From positions 124,001 to 188,000 of the forward strand of contig NW_027361792.1 of the NCBI RefSeq assembly GCF_039654945.1: a DNA stretch of 64,000 bases, in the 5' to 3' direction. Positions 12,276 to 24,509 of this stretch are shown in pieces. The first letter of the stretch is position 1, and each line of letters begins with the position of its first letter. Position numbers and translations under genes: made by a program. A model generated the notes under the pieces. It did no database searches and was not told the DNA's origin. It was given only the letters and a program-made list of their open reading frames with translations. The stretch is from Dendrobates tinctorius (Eukaryota).

Positions 12276-12882
12276 ATGGACCCTTCTTCAGATGAAGCGG
12301 CGTCTCAGAACCTGGCCGGCACCTCTGAGGAGAATTACTTTGTGACGTACACGTTTACGGATCGCTCCCACAGCAGCCGGGTGGCTCAGAGCATCATGAA
12401 GCTGTGCATGGAGGAGCAGCTGTTTGCGGACGTCACCATCCTGGTGGAGGGGAAGGAGTTCCAGTTGCACCGGCTGGTTCTGTCGGCCCAGAGCTGCTTC
12501 TTTCGCTCCATGTTTGCGTCCAATCTAAAGGAGGGACGTAACCGCGTGATCCAGCTGCAGGACGTCAGCGCCCGCGTGTTCCAGTTACTGGTGGATTACA
12601 TCTATCATGGGACTGTGAAGCTGCGGCTGGAGGAGTTGCAGGAGACCTACGAGGTGGCGGACATGTACCAACTGATCTCTTTGTTTGAAGAATGCTCTCG
12701 CTTCCTGGTGCGGACGGTGCAGGTGAAGAACTGTCTGCAGATCATGTGGTTGGCGGATCAGCACAGCGACACCTCCCTTTACACTGCGGCGAAACACTGC
12801 GCCAAAACCCACCTGTCACAGCTGTGTGATAGCGAGGAGTTCCTGAACCTGCCACTGCGATTACTCACAGACATCCTAGCAG
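12276..12882 (+). CDS. KBTBD4: Kelch repeat and BTB domain-containing protein 4, coding exon 1 (BTB plus start of BACK)
   Basis: EENYFVTYTFTDRSHSSRVAQSIMKLC...FADVTILVEGKEFQLHRLVLSAQSCFFRSMF matches KBTBD4. Acceptor tcccag|G 12246; Kozak ACCATGG with in-frame upstream TAG; phase-1 donor CAG|GTGAGT. Confidence 0.95.
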
Positions 12883-12934
12883 GTGAGTGACTGCGCTCAG
12901 CCTGATCCCTAAGGGCTCATACTCATCTGCGAAG

Positions 12935-13560
12935 AAAACGGACGAGTGCAATCTGATAAAAAAAAAATCTGATTGCACTCGGACCAATGTTAATCTATGA
13001 GTCACAGCGAGGCACTTATGGATGCGCCTTTCTGGGGCGGCTGGGAGCTGATGTTTTACGTCTGGGAGGGGGTCAATATCCATGGCTCCTTGCTAGCCTA
13101 TTAATATTAGCCTGCATCTTTCTGCCTAGCCTTTGCTGGTTATTAATTGTAGTGGGACCCTGCTCCCTTTTTTTTTTTTTTTTTATTTATATATAGGGGT
13201 CCTCTATTTTAATACCCATTGAAGGCTAAGATACAGTTGTGAGCCGAAATTAATAGGAACCTCCATGGGTATTACCGCCATTCCCGGGCTATAAATACCT
13301 GCTCCTAGCTGTTGGCTTTCCCTCTGCTGGTTAACAAAATTACACAGGACCCCACAACATTTTTTTTTTTTTCAGAAGAATAATCATTTATTAAAAACTC
13401 ACAGTAAAATGCACAAGCACTGTAAATGACAGTAATTCTCTATGTAGATCTCATGTTAAACTCGCATTGCAATCGGATGCTAGGTGTGAAAAATTGTGTG
13501 GCGCTTGCATGTCACTAGTCCTACTTTTCTGGATGAAAATCATACCCTTTTTTTTTCCAC
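12935..13560. mobile_element. Degenerate non-autonomous DNA-transposon (MITE-like) fragments
   Basis: Short inverted repeat gagtgcaatc...gattgcactc and T-rich internal blocks resembling anuran MITEs; boundaries approximate. Confidence 0.4.
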
Positions 13561-13914
13561 TGTGATGGGTCACTGTGCAGTCGCTGCAAACATATAATTC
13601 TCAACGTGCCCCAACAACCAGGTGCATGCTGGGAATTGTAGTTTCCCCAATCTCAGGGATGATTGCGGTATAGGCAAAAAGTGACCTGTCCTGAGGCTGA
13701 AAACTGAATCGCTGCACTAAGTGATCTGCGGTCTCTCAACTCCCCCCTATACTGCTGCTTCATTAGGGGCATGTGCACACAATACACACAAGCTTATCCA
13801 CTGTGGAATTTCCAGACAGGAGAATCCCAGGACGTCCATTTTGGGTATCCATCGTCTTCCACCCCAGTGCATTCACGTAATGCCCCCCTCCCACACCCCA
13901 TACTCTTTATGCGT

Positions 13915-14365
13915 GCATGTAGCACTTTCAAAGACAAGTCCTGCAATATCTTTACATGGCCGGTCCAATCCTCAATTACTGGGAAATCAGGATTTGAATT
14001 GATATGCAAATGAGGCTGAAGGACTCTGGTAGATCTGAAGCTTCTGTCACTCCAGCTCTATTTTCTGCCTACTACCGCCACCTCCTTCTTAATTGATGGC
14101 TCCTCTTCCTGAAGTCACAGAGCATTGAGGATGTCAGCAAGCAGGAGGAGGCAGTGCTGGGTGAGGCTTAGAGCTGAAGTGACAGAGGCTTCAGATCTAC
14201 AGTAGCTCTTCAGCCTCATTTGCATATCAAGTTAAACGGTGATTTCTCATTAATAAAGGAATGGACTGGACATGTAAATGTATTGCTCGACTTGTCTTTA
14301 AGAGGACTACATCTGCATATAAGTAGTTTAATGGGGGACATCCTGCTCACAGATTCCCTTTTAAA
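13915..14365. mobile_element. Foldback MITE (T2/Kolobok-like)
   Basis: Long imperfect inverted arms (ttgatatgcaaatgaggctgaag...agatctgaagcttctgtcact versus agtgacagaggcttcagatct...cttcagcctcatttgcatatcaa); ends in ccct-tttaa. Confidence 0.65.
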
Positions 14366-14419
14366 GGGAGCCTGACAGCTGATGCATGCTGCCCGATCCA
14401 CGTGCACGCTGTCAGAATT

Positions 14420-14686
14420 CTCCAGTGCCTGCAGCGATCATGTGACCGCAGATATGCGATATGCATACTTCTGGCCACATTCCAACTAGACTTGCCTCAC
14501 TTAGTTCACTTCACTTGCACCGAGCGAGGCCGCACACGTCTAGTTGGAATGTGGCCGGGATTATACATTATCGCACAGCTGCAGTCACATGACCGCCTGG
14601 CCGCGCGCGCTGTGAGGCTTCACAAGTCTGTAGTCGTATAGAGTGACTTATAGACTATTGTGCTTGACCTGGACATCCCCTCTAAG
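14420..14686. mobile_element. Foldback MITE fragment
   Basis: Inverted arms ggccacattccaactagac / gtctagttggaatgtggcc; T2-like end ggacatcccctctaa. Confidence 0.55.
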
Positions 14687-15154
14687 TCCCCTATGGAGAG
14701 AAAAAAAAGTCAACTACTATTCCCCAGCTAAGGATAAAGAAATATATATTATATTTTATATCTCGGCCTCCATAAAAGTCCGATCAATTGAGATACAAAA
14801 TAGAGTACTCTGAAGGGGAAGTGTAAAGAACCGGCACAGAAAAGCCAGAAGTCTCAGAAAATGCTGACACAAACCAATTTTTTTTTTTTCCTATAGAAAG
14901 TACACCTTTTTTTTTTTTTTTTTCACCTTCTGAAATGGTAAAATAAAACGTGTATGTGGCTGGTTAATCGCAATTGCGCTGAGCTGGAGAAACAATAATA
15001 ATAATAATAATAGGGCATAAAAAGGAAGTTTCCGTTCACTGACGGAGTCGGAGTTCTTATAAAGTGTGAGCTGTTCCCTTCCGCTCGCTGTAAATTCCCA
15101 TCGTCCACAATGTCATCCTGTCAGGTTCTTCCTGATTCTTCTTCTTCCCACCAG

Positions 15155-15261
15155 ACGGCGTTCCCTGTTCTCAGAATCCGAGCGCGGCCATAAAGAGCTG
15201 GATCCACTACAATAAGGAGGAACGGGAGGGATTCTCCGAGGTGCTGATCTCCAGCCTGAAG
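15155..15261 (+). CDS. KBTBD4: KBTBD4 coding exon 2 (107 nt, DGVPCSQNPSAAIKSWIHYNKEEREGFSEVLISSLK)
   Basis: Pyrimidine tract plus ccag| acceptor, AAG|GTAGG donor, phases fit the flanking exons; not shown as such in the ORF track. Confidence 0.93.
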
Positions 15262-15340
15262 GTAGGAACAGTCCGCAGGGGAATCGCTGCAACACTACGG
15301 TTTACTTTTTGCTACATTTCAATAACGCCCATCCTCGCTG

Positions 15341-18321
15341 GTGCAGAGCAGCGCAGCTGTGATAGAAAGGGCTCGGGACACGCAGAGCATCGCAGCTGTG
15401 ATAGAAAGGGCTCGGGACACGCAGAGCATCGCAGCTGTGATAGAAAGGGCTCGGGACACGCAGAGCATCGCAGCTGTGATAGAAAGGGCTCGGGACACGC
15501 AGAGCAACGCAGCTGTGATAGAAAGGGGTAAAAACACGCGGCACATCGCAGCTGTGATAGAAAGGGCTCGGGACACACGGAGCAACGTAGCTGTGATAGA
15601 AAGGGCTCGGGACACGCAGAGCATCGCAGCTGTGATAGAAAGGGCTCGGGACACGCAGAGCATCGCAGCTGTGATAGAAAGGGCTCGGGACACGCAGAGC
15701 ATCGCAGCTGTGATAGAAAGGGCTCGGGACACGCAGAGCATCGCAGCTGTGATAGAAAGGGCTCGGGACACACGGAGCAGCGCAGCTGTGATAGAAAGGG
15801 CTCGGGACACACGGAGCAGCGCAGCTGTGATAGAAAGGGCTCGGGACACGCAGAGCATCGCAGCTGTGATAGAAAGGGCTCGGGACACGCAGAGCATCGC
15901 AGCTGTGATAGAAAGGGCTCGGGACACACGGAGCAGCGCAGCTGTGATAGAAAGGGCTCGGGACACACGGAGCAACGCAGCTGTGATAGAAAGGGCTCGG
16001 GACACACGGAGCAACGCAGCTGTGATAGAAAGGGCTCAGGACACGCAGAGCATCGCAGCTGTGATAGAAAGGGCTCGGGACACGCAGAGCATCGCAGCTG
16101 TGATAGAAAGGGCTCGGGACACGCAGAGCATCGCAGCTGTGATAGAAAGGGCTCGGGACACGCAGAGCAACGCAGCTGTGATAGAAAGGGGTAAAAACAC
16201 GCGGCGCATCGCAGCTGTGATAGAAAGGGCTCAGGACACGCAGAGCATCGCAGCTGTGATAGAAAGGGCTCGGGACACGCAGAGCATCGCAGCTGTGATA
16301 GAAAGGGCTTGGGACACGCAGAGCATCGCAGCTGTGATAGAAAGGGCTCGGGACACGCAGAGCATCGCAGCTGTGATAGAAAGGGCTCGGGACACGCAGA
16401 GCATCGCAGCTGTGATAGAAAGGGCTCGGGACACGCAGAGCATCGCAGCTGTGATAGAAAGGGCTCGGGACACGCAGAGCATCGCAGCTGTGATAGAAAG
16501 GGCTCGGGACACGCGGAGCATCGCAGCTGTGATAGAAAGGGCTCGGGACACACGGAGCAGCGCAGCTGTGATAGAAAGGGCTCGGGACACACGGAGCAAC
16601 GCAGCTGTGATAGAAAGGGCTCGGGACACACGGAGCAACGCAGCTGTGATAGAAAGGGCTCAGGACACGCAGAGCATCGCAGCTGTGATAGAAAGGGCTC
16701 GGGACACGCAGAGCATCGCAGCTGTGATAGAAAGGGCTCGGGACACGCAGAGCAACGCAGCTGTGATAGAAAGGGGTAAAAACACGCGGCACATCGCAGC
16801 TGTGATAGAAAGGGCTCAGGACACGCAGAGCATCGCAGCTGTGATAGAAAGGGCTCGGGACACGCAGAGCATCGCAGCTGTGATAGAAAGGGCTCGGGAC
16901 ACGCAGAGCATCGCAGCTGTGATAGAAAGGGCTCGGGACACGCAGAGCATCGCAGCTGTGATAGAAAGGGCTCGGGACACACGGAGCAGCGCAGCTGTGA
17001 TAGAAAGGGCTCGGGACACACGGAGCAGCGCAGCTGTGATAGAAAGGGCTCGGGACACGCAGAGCATCGCAGCTGTGATAGAAAGGGCTCGGGACACACA
17101 GAGCATCGCAGCTGTGATAGAAAGGGCTCGGGACACACGGAGCAGCGCAGCTGTGATAGAAAGGGCTCGGGACACACGGAGCAACGCAGCTGTGATAGAA
17201 AGGGCTCGGGACACACGGAGCAACGCAGCTGTGATAGAAAGGGCTCAGGACACGCAGAGCATCGCAGCTGTGATAGAAAGGGCTCGGGACACGCAGAGCA
17301 TCGCAGCTGTGATAGAAAGGGCTCGGGACACGCAGAGCATCGCAGCTGTGATAGAAAGGGCTCGGGACACGCAGAGCAACGCAGCTGTGATAGAAAGGGG
17401 TAAAAACACGCGGCGCATCGCAGCTGTGATAGAAAGGGCTCAGGACACGCAGAGCATCGCAGCTGTGATAGAAAGGGCTCGGGACACGCAGAGCATCGCA
17501 GCTGTGATAGAAAGGGCTCGGGACACGCAGAGCATCGCAGCTGTGATAGAAAGGGCTCGGGACACGCAGAGCATCGCAGCTGTGATAGAAAGGGCTCGGG
17601 ACACGCAGAGCATCGCAGCTGTGATAGAAAGGGCTCGGGACACGCAGAGCATCGCAGCTGTGATAGAAAGGGCTCGGGACACGCAGAGCATCGCAGCTGT
17701 GATAGAAAGGGCTCGGGACACGCAGAGCATCGCAGCTGTGATAGAAAGGGCTCGGGACACGCAGAGCATCGCAGCTGTGATAGAAAGGGGTCGGGACGCG
17801 CAGAGCATCGCAGCTGTGATAGAAAGGGCTCGGGACACGCAGAGCAACGCAGCTGTGATAGAAAGGGCTCGGGACACGCAGAGCAACGCAGCTGTGATAG
17901 AAAGGGGTAAAAACACGCTGCGCATCGCAGCTGTGATAGAAAGGGCTCGGGACACACGGAGCAACGCAGCTGTGATAGAAAGGGCTCGGGACACGCAGAG
18001 CATCGCAGCTGTGATAGAAAGGGCTCGGGACACGCAGAGCATCGCAGCTGTGATAGAAAGGGCTCGGGACACGCAGAGCATCGCAGCTGTGATAGAAAGG
18101 GCTCGGGACACGCAGAGCATCGCAGCTGTGATAGAAAGGGCTCGGGACACGCAGAGCATCGCAGCTGTGATAGAAAGGGCTCGGGACACGCAGAGCATCG
18201 CAGCTGTGATAGAAAGGGCTCGGGACGCGCAGAGCATCGCAGCTGTGATAGAAAGGGGTCGGGACGCGCAGAGCATCGCAGCTGTGATAGAAAGGGGTCG
18301 GGACGCGCAGAGCATCGCAGC
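15341..18321. repeat. Minisatellite, 39-bp unit (gcagagcatcgcagctgtgatagaaagggctcgggacac), ~76 copies
   Basis: Direct periodicity; 13-aa repeats in the 1000-aa ORFs on both strands. Confidence 0.98.
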
Positions 18322-19300
18322 TCACTGTCTGTGGAGCTGCAGACCGGTCTCATTGCCTGTGGAAAGCTGCTACAATGGACACCTGATCAGACGTGGAGCG
18401 ATGGATAAAGGTGCCCGTTCTGGTGAATCCGATTCTTCTTCAGGTGGAGCTCGGGTGCGGCGCTTCCCTGTGCAAGGTGTGGGAACACCTGGGTATGTAC
18501 AGATCCGCACGGCCTCACATAATGTAGTGGGTTCTCATGGCGTCCGACATCATATCCAGTAGCCACAATCCGCCTTGTGCTTCTTTTCATTTTTCATCTC
18601 CTCCTTTACACTTGGTGACGTCGTTGGCAGTGATTTCCGTACATAGCGCCATGTTCTTCTGCTAGGATCATTTTCACATCGATTTCCTGGGACTTCTCTC
18701 CTGGACAGAGAAGCGAGTGGATTTGCAGGACCCTAGTCCAGCGGCCATGTCAGTCATCAATGGCTGTCGTAAGAGGGAGCCCTGTTAGCCACCTTCTTCC
18801 TGCCCGTATGCCCCACTCCGCTTCGGATTTGTAGGTACGGCACAATGTCATGGTGGTGGCATGACGGCCATATGATGTAGCGCCAGGATGGCTAATCAAA
18901 AGAAGGATCGGGGATGCAGGTAGGAGGTGGATTCACAGGGCTCCCGTCCGTCGGCCATGGAGCACTGGCATGGCCGCTAGATGGAGGTCCGGCAAATTGA
19001 CTGGCTCCGCTATAGTAGGTGGTAAATGTAACCTCCATATAATGAAAAGCAAAACTGATGCTCTGCGCGTTGTGACTAATTTCTGTATTAGTTGCACTGC
19101 TCTGCGCGTTGTGACTCCTTTCTATCTTGGTTGCGATGCTCTGGGCGTTGACACCTTTCCTATAGTACCTGCGATGCTCTGCGTGTTCTGACACCTTTCT
19201 ATGATCGCTCGCAGTACATGTGTCACCGTCGCTCGTTTACCATATCTCCAAGGAGAAACGTTGCCCCTTAGACCTCAGAGGCCGCTCATACAGCTGAATT

Positions 19301-19363
19301 GGGTCTGTTGCCTTGCACTGAGGAGGGGCAAACGCCCCGAAACACTTGTCTGCATACAGATTC
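19301..19363 (+). ncRNA. Type-I hammerhead ribozyme motif (retrozyme/satellite-2-like) in the last KBTBD4 intron
   Basis: UGCA-CUGAGGA-GGGGC-AAAC-GCCCC-GAAAC-ACUU-GUC^UGCA: all core nucleotides present, stem II 5 bp, stem III 2 bp, stem I 4 bp plus internal loop plus 8-bp extension (GGGUCUGU/ACAGAUUC). Confidence 0.85.
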
Positions 19364-19519
19364 TGTACAAAAAGCCAAAAACGCATGCTAATTAATTTGA
19401 TGCATCTTTTAAGCGTTTCTGCAGCGTCTGATCCGGCTCAAACGCTGCGGAAACGCTTAACAAAACGCATCGTGGGCACACAGCCTTAATTGTTTCCATG
19501 TGTATTTTATGTCTTTAAG

Positions 19520-20380
19520 GAAATCGGGGAAAACGTGCACATCTATCTGATCGGGAAGGAGGAATCTCGCACGCACTCCCTTGCCGTCTCTCTCCATTGT
19601 GCGCAGGACGATTCTATAAGTGTAAGCGGACAGAACAGTCTGTGCCACCAGATCACTGCCGCGTGCAAACATGGTGCCGATCTCTACGTGGTAGGAGGGT
19701 CCATACCTCGTCGAATGTGGAAGTGTAATATGGAGACCATGGACTGGGAGCGATGCGCACCACTACCCCGGGACCGTCTGCAGCATACGCTGGTGTCCGT
19801 GCCCGGCAAGGATGCCATCTACTCCCTGGGGGGTAAGACCCTGCAGGACTCGCTCTCTAACGTGGTGATTTACTACCGAGTACCGGACAATGTCTGGACA
19901 GAGACTAGTCAGCTGGAGGTCTCCATCTCCGGGGCGGCGGGGGTGAACCTGAACGGGCTTATCTACCTAATGGGAGGCGAGGAGAACGATCTGGACTTCT
20001 TCACCAAACCCTCCCGTGTCATCCAGTGTTTCGATACCACCACAGAGAAGTGCCACGTCAAACCCTACCTGCTGCCGTTTGCGGGTCGAATGCACGCGGC
20101 CGTTCACAAGGACCTGGTGTTCATCGTAGCGGAGGGGGACTCGCTGGTGTGTTATAACCCGTTGCTGGACAGCTTCACCCGGCTGTGCCTGCCCGAGGTC
20201 TGGAGCTCACGGCCGGCGCTCTGGAAAATCGCCAGCTGCAACGGCTGCATCTACGTGTTTCGGGACCAATACAAGAAAGGGGACGCCAACACCTTCAAGT
20301 TAAACCCCGCCACCTCAGTGGTGACCGTCACCAGCGGCATTCGCTTTCTGCTTACCAATCTGCAGTTTTTATTGGCATGA
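19520..20380 (+). CDS. KBTBD4: KBTBD4 last coding exon (Kelch beta-propeller); total CDS 607+107+861=1575 nt, 524 aa
   Basis: EIGENVHIYLIGKEESRTHSLAVSLHC...LYVVGGSIPRRMWKC...LLTNLQFLLA*; acceptor ttttatgtctttaag|G; GG Kelch motifs. Confidence 0.95.
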   Translation, partial: EIGENVHIYLIGKEESRTHSLAVSLHCAQDDSISVSGQNSLCHQITAACKHGADLYVVGGSIPRRMWKCNMETMDWERCAPLPRDRLQHTLVSVPGKDAIYSLGGKTLQDSLSNVVIYYRVPDNVWTETSQLEVSISGAAGVNLNGLIYLMGGEENDLDFFTKPSRVIQCFDTTTEKCHVKPYLLPFAGRMHAAVHKDLVFIVAEGDSLVCYNPLLDSFTRLCLPEVWSSRPALWKIASCNGCIYVFRDQYKKGDANTFKLNPATSVVTVTSGIRFLLTNLQFLLA

Positions 20381-21115
20381 TGACTTGGGGAAAGCTGGAG
20401 ACGTCGCTCGTTGATTCGGTTCTTGGATCTGAAATATATGAAAATCTGGTCATAAAGAAGAAAGCTGGATGGGACCGCCAGCCTGAAATGGTGGCATTGG
20501 TGAAGCGTACTGAACCTGCCCATGTCCTCTGCCGTCTTCTGGCCACTGCTAAATCTATGCTTAGATACTTGTGTTTAGAGCCCCGTCAAGACAAACCAGC
20601 CCCATCCACATCCAAAAATATTGATTGTGGTGATACATCATAGTCTCCAATTGGTGGAGACGTCGGGATGCTGAAAAAAGGCAGAAACCTTCGGCTGGGC
20701 GCAGTTCCCCTCCGGCTCCACTAGGCGGCACATGGTTAGCGCGTGTGGACTTTCTGTAGGCCGCAGACATGAGCAGAGCCCATCACATCCTCCGCTGGTC
20801 ACTTCTGCCTTTTTCTGCAATCATTGGGGTCCTGGCACCCGAGTCCCCCGTAAAAACGTCTTGACAATTGGCACCGATGTATCTGACTGCTCCTCGTTAC
20901 CAGCAGCCATTTATGCCCGTCTGACAGTGACGCTCCATAGGGGAAATGCCAGAAGAAATATGAACTATTGTTTAGATCGGGATTTTGTGTTAAGTTTAAT
21001 GTTTTTTTTTTTAATATCACAATCCATATTAAAAAAGCAAAATCTGAAATCTTTGAAATATTTTGCCCACTGGGACTATTCCTGTTTTCAAGAAATCCAC
21101 ATGTACATGATCTGC

Positions 21116-21121
21116 AATAAA
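21116..21121 (+). terminator. Probable KBTBD4 polyadenylation signal
   Basis: AATAAA ~740 nt after the stop, at the end of an AT-rich UTR-like tract, followed by GT-rich sequence. Confidence 0.55.
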
Positions 21122-21179
21122 CAAACAGATCCTGTGCTTTGTATTGAGGCATCTAATGAGCGTGTGCAAAGGTCATTAT

Positions 21180-21930
21180 ACAGGAGGAGGTGAGCTGTGA
21201 CATCATCTATTGTGAATAGTGGATCCTGTTAACACTTACGGTATATATACAGTAGATATCAGTCATTGTACAGGAGGAGGAGGTGAGCTGTGATATCACC
21301 TATTGTGAATGGTGGATTGTGTGTTACCTACTGTATATAGCGGTGTGATCAGTCATTGTACTGGAGGAGGAGGTGAGCTATGATATCACCTATTATGAAT
21401 GGTGGATCCTGTGTTACCTACTATATATAGAGGTGTTATCAGTCATTGTACAGGAGGAGGAGGTGAGCTGTGACATCATCTATTGTGAATGGTGGATCCT
21501 GTTATCTACTGTATATAGAGGTGTTATCAGTCATTGTACAGGAGGAGGAGGTGAGCTGTGATATCACCTATTGTGAATGGTGGATCGTGTGTTACCTACT
21601 GTATATAGAGGTGTGATCAGTCATTGTACTGGAGGAGGTGAGCTGTGACATCATCTTTTGTGAATGGTGGATCCTGTGTTATCAGTCTTTGTACAGGAGG
21701 ATGAGGAGGTGAGCTGTGACATCACCTATTGTGAATGGTGGATCCTGTGTTACTGTATATAGAGGTGTTATCAGTCATTGTATAGGAGGAGGTGAGCTGT
21801 GATATCACCTATTGTGAATGACGGATCCTGTGTTATCTACTGTATATAGAGGTGTGATCAGTCATTGTACAGGAGGAGGAAGAGGTGAGCTGTGACACCA
21901 CCCATTGTGAATGGTGGGCCCTGTGTTACC
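21180..21930. repeat. Tandem repeat, ~85-90-bp unit (aggaggaggtgagctgtgacatcacctattgtgaatggtggatcctgtgtta...tcagtcattgtac), ~9 copies
   Basis: Direct periodicity, moderately diverged. Confidence 0.92.
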
Positions 21931-24509
21931 AATCCTTATAAACCTTATGATGATAATGAAACTGCTGACAACTCTTCCTGAAAGGACATGAAGTATTAGT
22001 ACAGCCACAGTAATCAGTGTGAAAATTGTCCAATTTATTAATTTATTTTTTTTTTCAGGATTATTAGTAAAAGCAAACCTCTTACAGAACCTTGATGTAA
22101 ACGGCCGGTCATTTTCTGAGGACACGTTCCCTTTGGCGTTGTTTGTTTGATGATGTATTGCTGCGGGGTCGGAGCCGTCAGGAAGCTTCATGATGGAAGC
22201 CGCGGGCTCAGAGCGGCAGGGATCCCGTGTGATCTGCCTGTATGGCGGGCGGTAGGACTTCACATCCATATCCTATATACCGCCTGCACTTCACTACATG
22301 GTACAGGCTGTAATAATGAAGGTTGGGGGCCACACGTGGGGTCTGCGCACAGGCTGGAGGCAGGGCAGACTTTCTGCTGTGTATTTGGCCATAGTTACAT
22401 GTAGAAATATCTGCGGCTTTATTCTGCACCACAGAACACAATGGTAAACTGCTCTGAATATTTTGCATTTTTGGGGCAGATTTTACAAGGATTTTTTTAT
22501 GCATTTGAAAGCAAAACTTTTTTTTTTTAATTTATTTTCCATTTTTAGGTTCCCCATAGAAGCCTACAATGAAAAAACACGCACTATAGACGCACGGTGG
22601 CAGGAGTTCTCATGAAATCGCATCCTCAGTGGACTTTCTGCACCAGAAATGCACCGTGTATGCTATGTGTGAACGCGGCCTTACAGTATTAGCACGATGG
22701 ATGAGGTTCCACCAGATCTCCGCAGCTTGAGAGATCCCCACGTGATCCAGCTCTAGCGCCAACTTCAGTCTGCACCCGATCAAATTTCCCCTGCGGATTT
22801 CAGGTCGGTTTTGAGCCTTTAGAAAACAGTGAAATCCGCACCAAAATATCGGCACAATTTCGTACGGGCCGAGACTACTGCCGATAAGGCTGCAGAAGGT
22901 TTGCATCGGGGTGTGGACTTTTACGGCTCTGCGTTGGGTCATAGGACGGCTGTCAATCAACCCTTTGCTTCTAGTAATCTAAAGTCAACGACCCTCAGGA
23001 AGAAATGTCCTGGTTGGTCAGACGTCTGCCTGTCCTAAGGGGCACTCGTGGCTCAGTCCCGGCCGTGTCCTTGGATATATGAAATCCTAACTAGTGCTTA
23101 TTATCTTCACTAACCACTTTAGGCTGGAGACCACCAGTGCACCCCCTCAGACGCTGGACTTGGCCTTTGAGCCGGACGTTCGGGTATTTGCCTCTCTGCA
23201 GATATCAGGACCTCCGGGTTTCTATAGATGACATCTGCTGATGCAATCTCCGGCGCTGCCCAGTGCTGATATGTCTCTGCAATCCCCGGCCCGGCTGACT
23301 GCGTGCTGTATACATTGGCGTCTATGGGTGTATTGCCTTCTGCAATGTTTCTTTATTATTAACACCATCTCTATAGAGTGGTGTTCCCCACCCTTGGCCG
23401 CGCCGGAGGATGCAGATCCACTGCTCCCAGCAGCCGCAGTTGTGTGGAAGTCCAGGGGATATGGACCACTGCCAAAAAAAACCCCCAGAACAGCCTGTGA
23501 TGTAGGATCAGTCACTGTTCTTAGGAAGTGATCGGGGTGGGGTGAAGGCTACATATGTGACCTGATCTTTAAAGGGGAAGAATTTCAATTAAAAAGTGAT
23601 AAAAGGAGTCACCCGTCTCATTCAGTGCCTGCCCGTATCCAGAGAAGCGCACGTTCACACCCAGGTGAAACATTCCGGGTATTAAAGGGATTGTCCACGA
23701 CGAAACATCTCTAAATGTGCTTATAATAAGCCACGCTCCCCCCACCCATCCCTGCTGCCCCGTCCCCCAACGATGGTTCAAGGTGGACAGACGTGACCGC
23801 TGCAGCCCATCAGAGACCACCCTTTAAAAATGCAGCTCCCCCTGCATATAGATGAGTGTGACGGTATGTCATGGCCTGGAGAAATGGAAAAGCGCCTGAA
23901 GCCGTTCAGATGACAAGTGCCCGTACAGTACAAGGGGGCAGGGGTCCATTCTGGCTCATACCCGGGGGTCCTGAGTGGGCTTTTCTGGATTTACGCTGAC
24001 CGTTGTTGGCCGCTCTCCTTGTGATAAACTTTGCCTACTTTTACAACTTTTGGCAACTGTGGTGCGAAAAGCGCAAACTTTAGTCAGATTGTGCATAGTT
24101 GGGGCGGCAGAAAACTGCGACTGGTAAATGTGAAAGTAACGGAGGGGCACAAGTATGGAAGACCCCAGAACACCTCACTGCAGGTTTTATCTAGCAGGTT
24201 CCTAGCAGCTTTTGGTGCAATACTGGCTCTAAACCATGGACCCAGCACCACAGCGTCTGTAGACCCAGAAAGGGAACCGGAGCGCTCTACCTATGGAAGG
24301 ATCGGTGCGGCTGATCGATGTGCCCGTCACAAGGAAGCCAGTGCAGACGCCGTATGCAAATCAGACTGGGAGTGCATCGAGGGTTGTGGTCTGCTGCCAG
24401 TACGCTGCCACGCCCCTAGTGCACTGCCAGTCTCATTTGCATATGGTGTCTACGCCAGTCTGCTACCTGTGTACGGAGCTGGGGCGGCACACTTAATACT
24501 GGGATCATG

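Noticed and set aside
13624-13642. Perfect ZNF143/SBS motif GCATGCTGGGAATTGTAGT in a KBTBD4 intron
   Set aside because: It lies among MITE debris with no CpG island or exon; this motif is common in frog repeats, so it was not called as a promoter.
15341-18321. E-box (CAGCTG) plus GATA composite in each 39-bp unit
   Set aside because: The sites are directly adjacent rather than at the roughly one-helical-turn spacing of TAL1/GATA composites; likely chance.
15302-18562. 1000-aa repetitive ORFs on both strands
   Set aside because: The 39-bp unit is a multiple of 3 and stop-free in several frames; it is intronic to KBTBD4, with no preference for synonymous changes.
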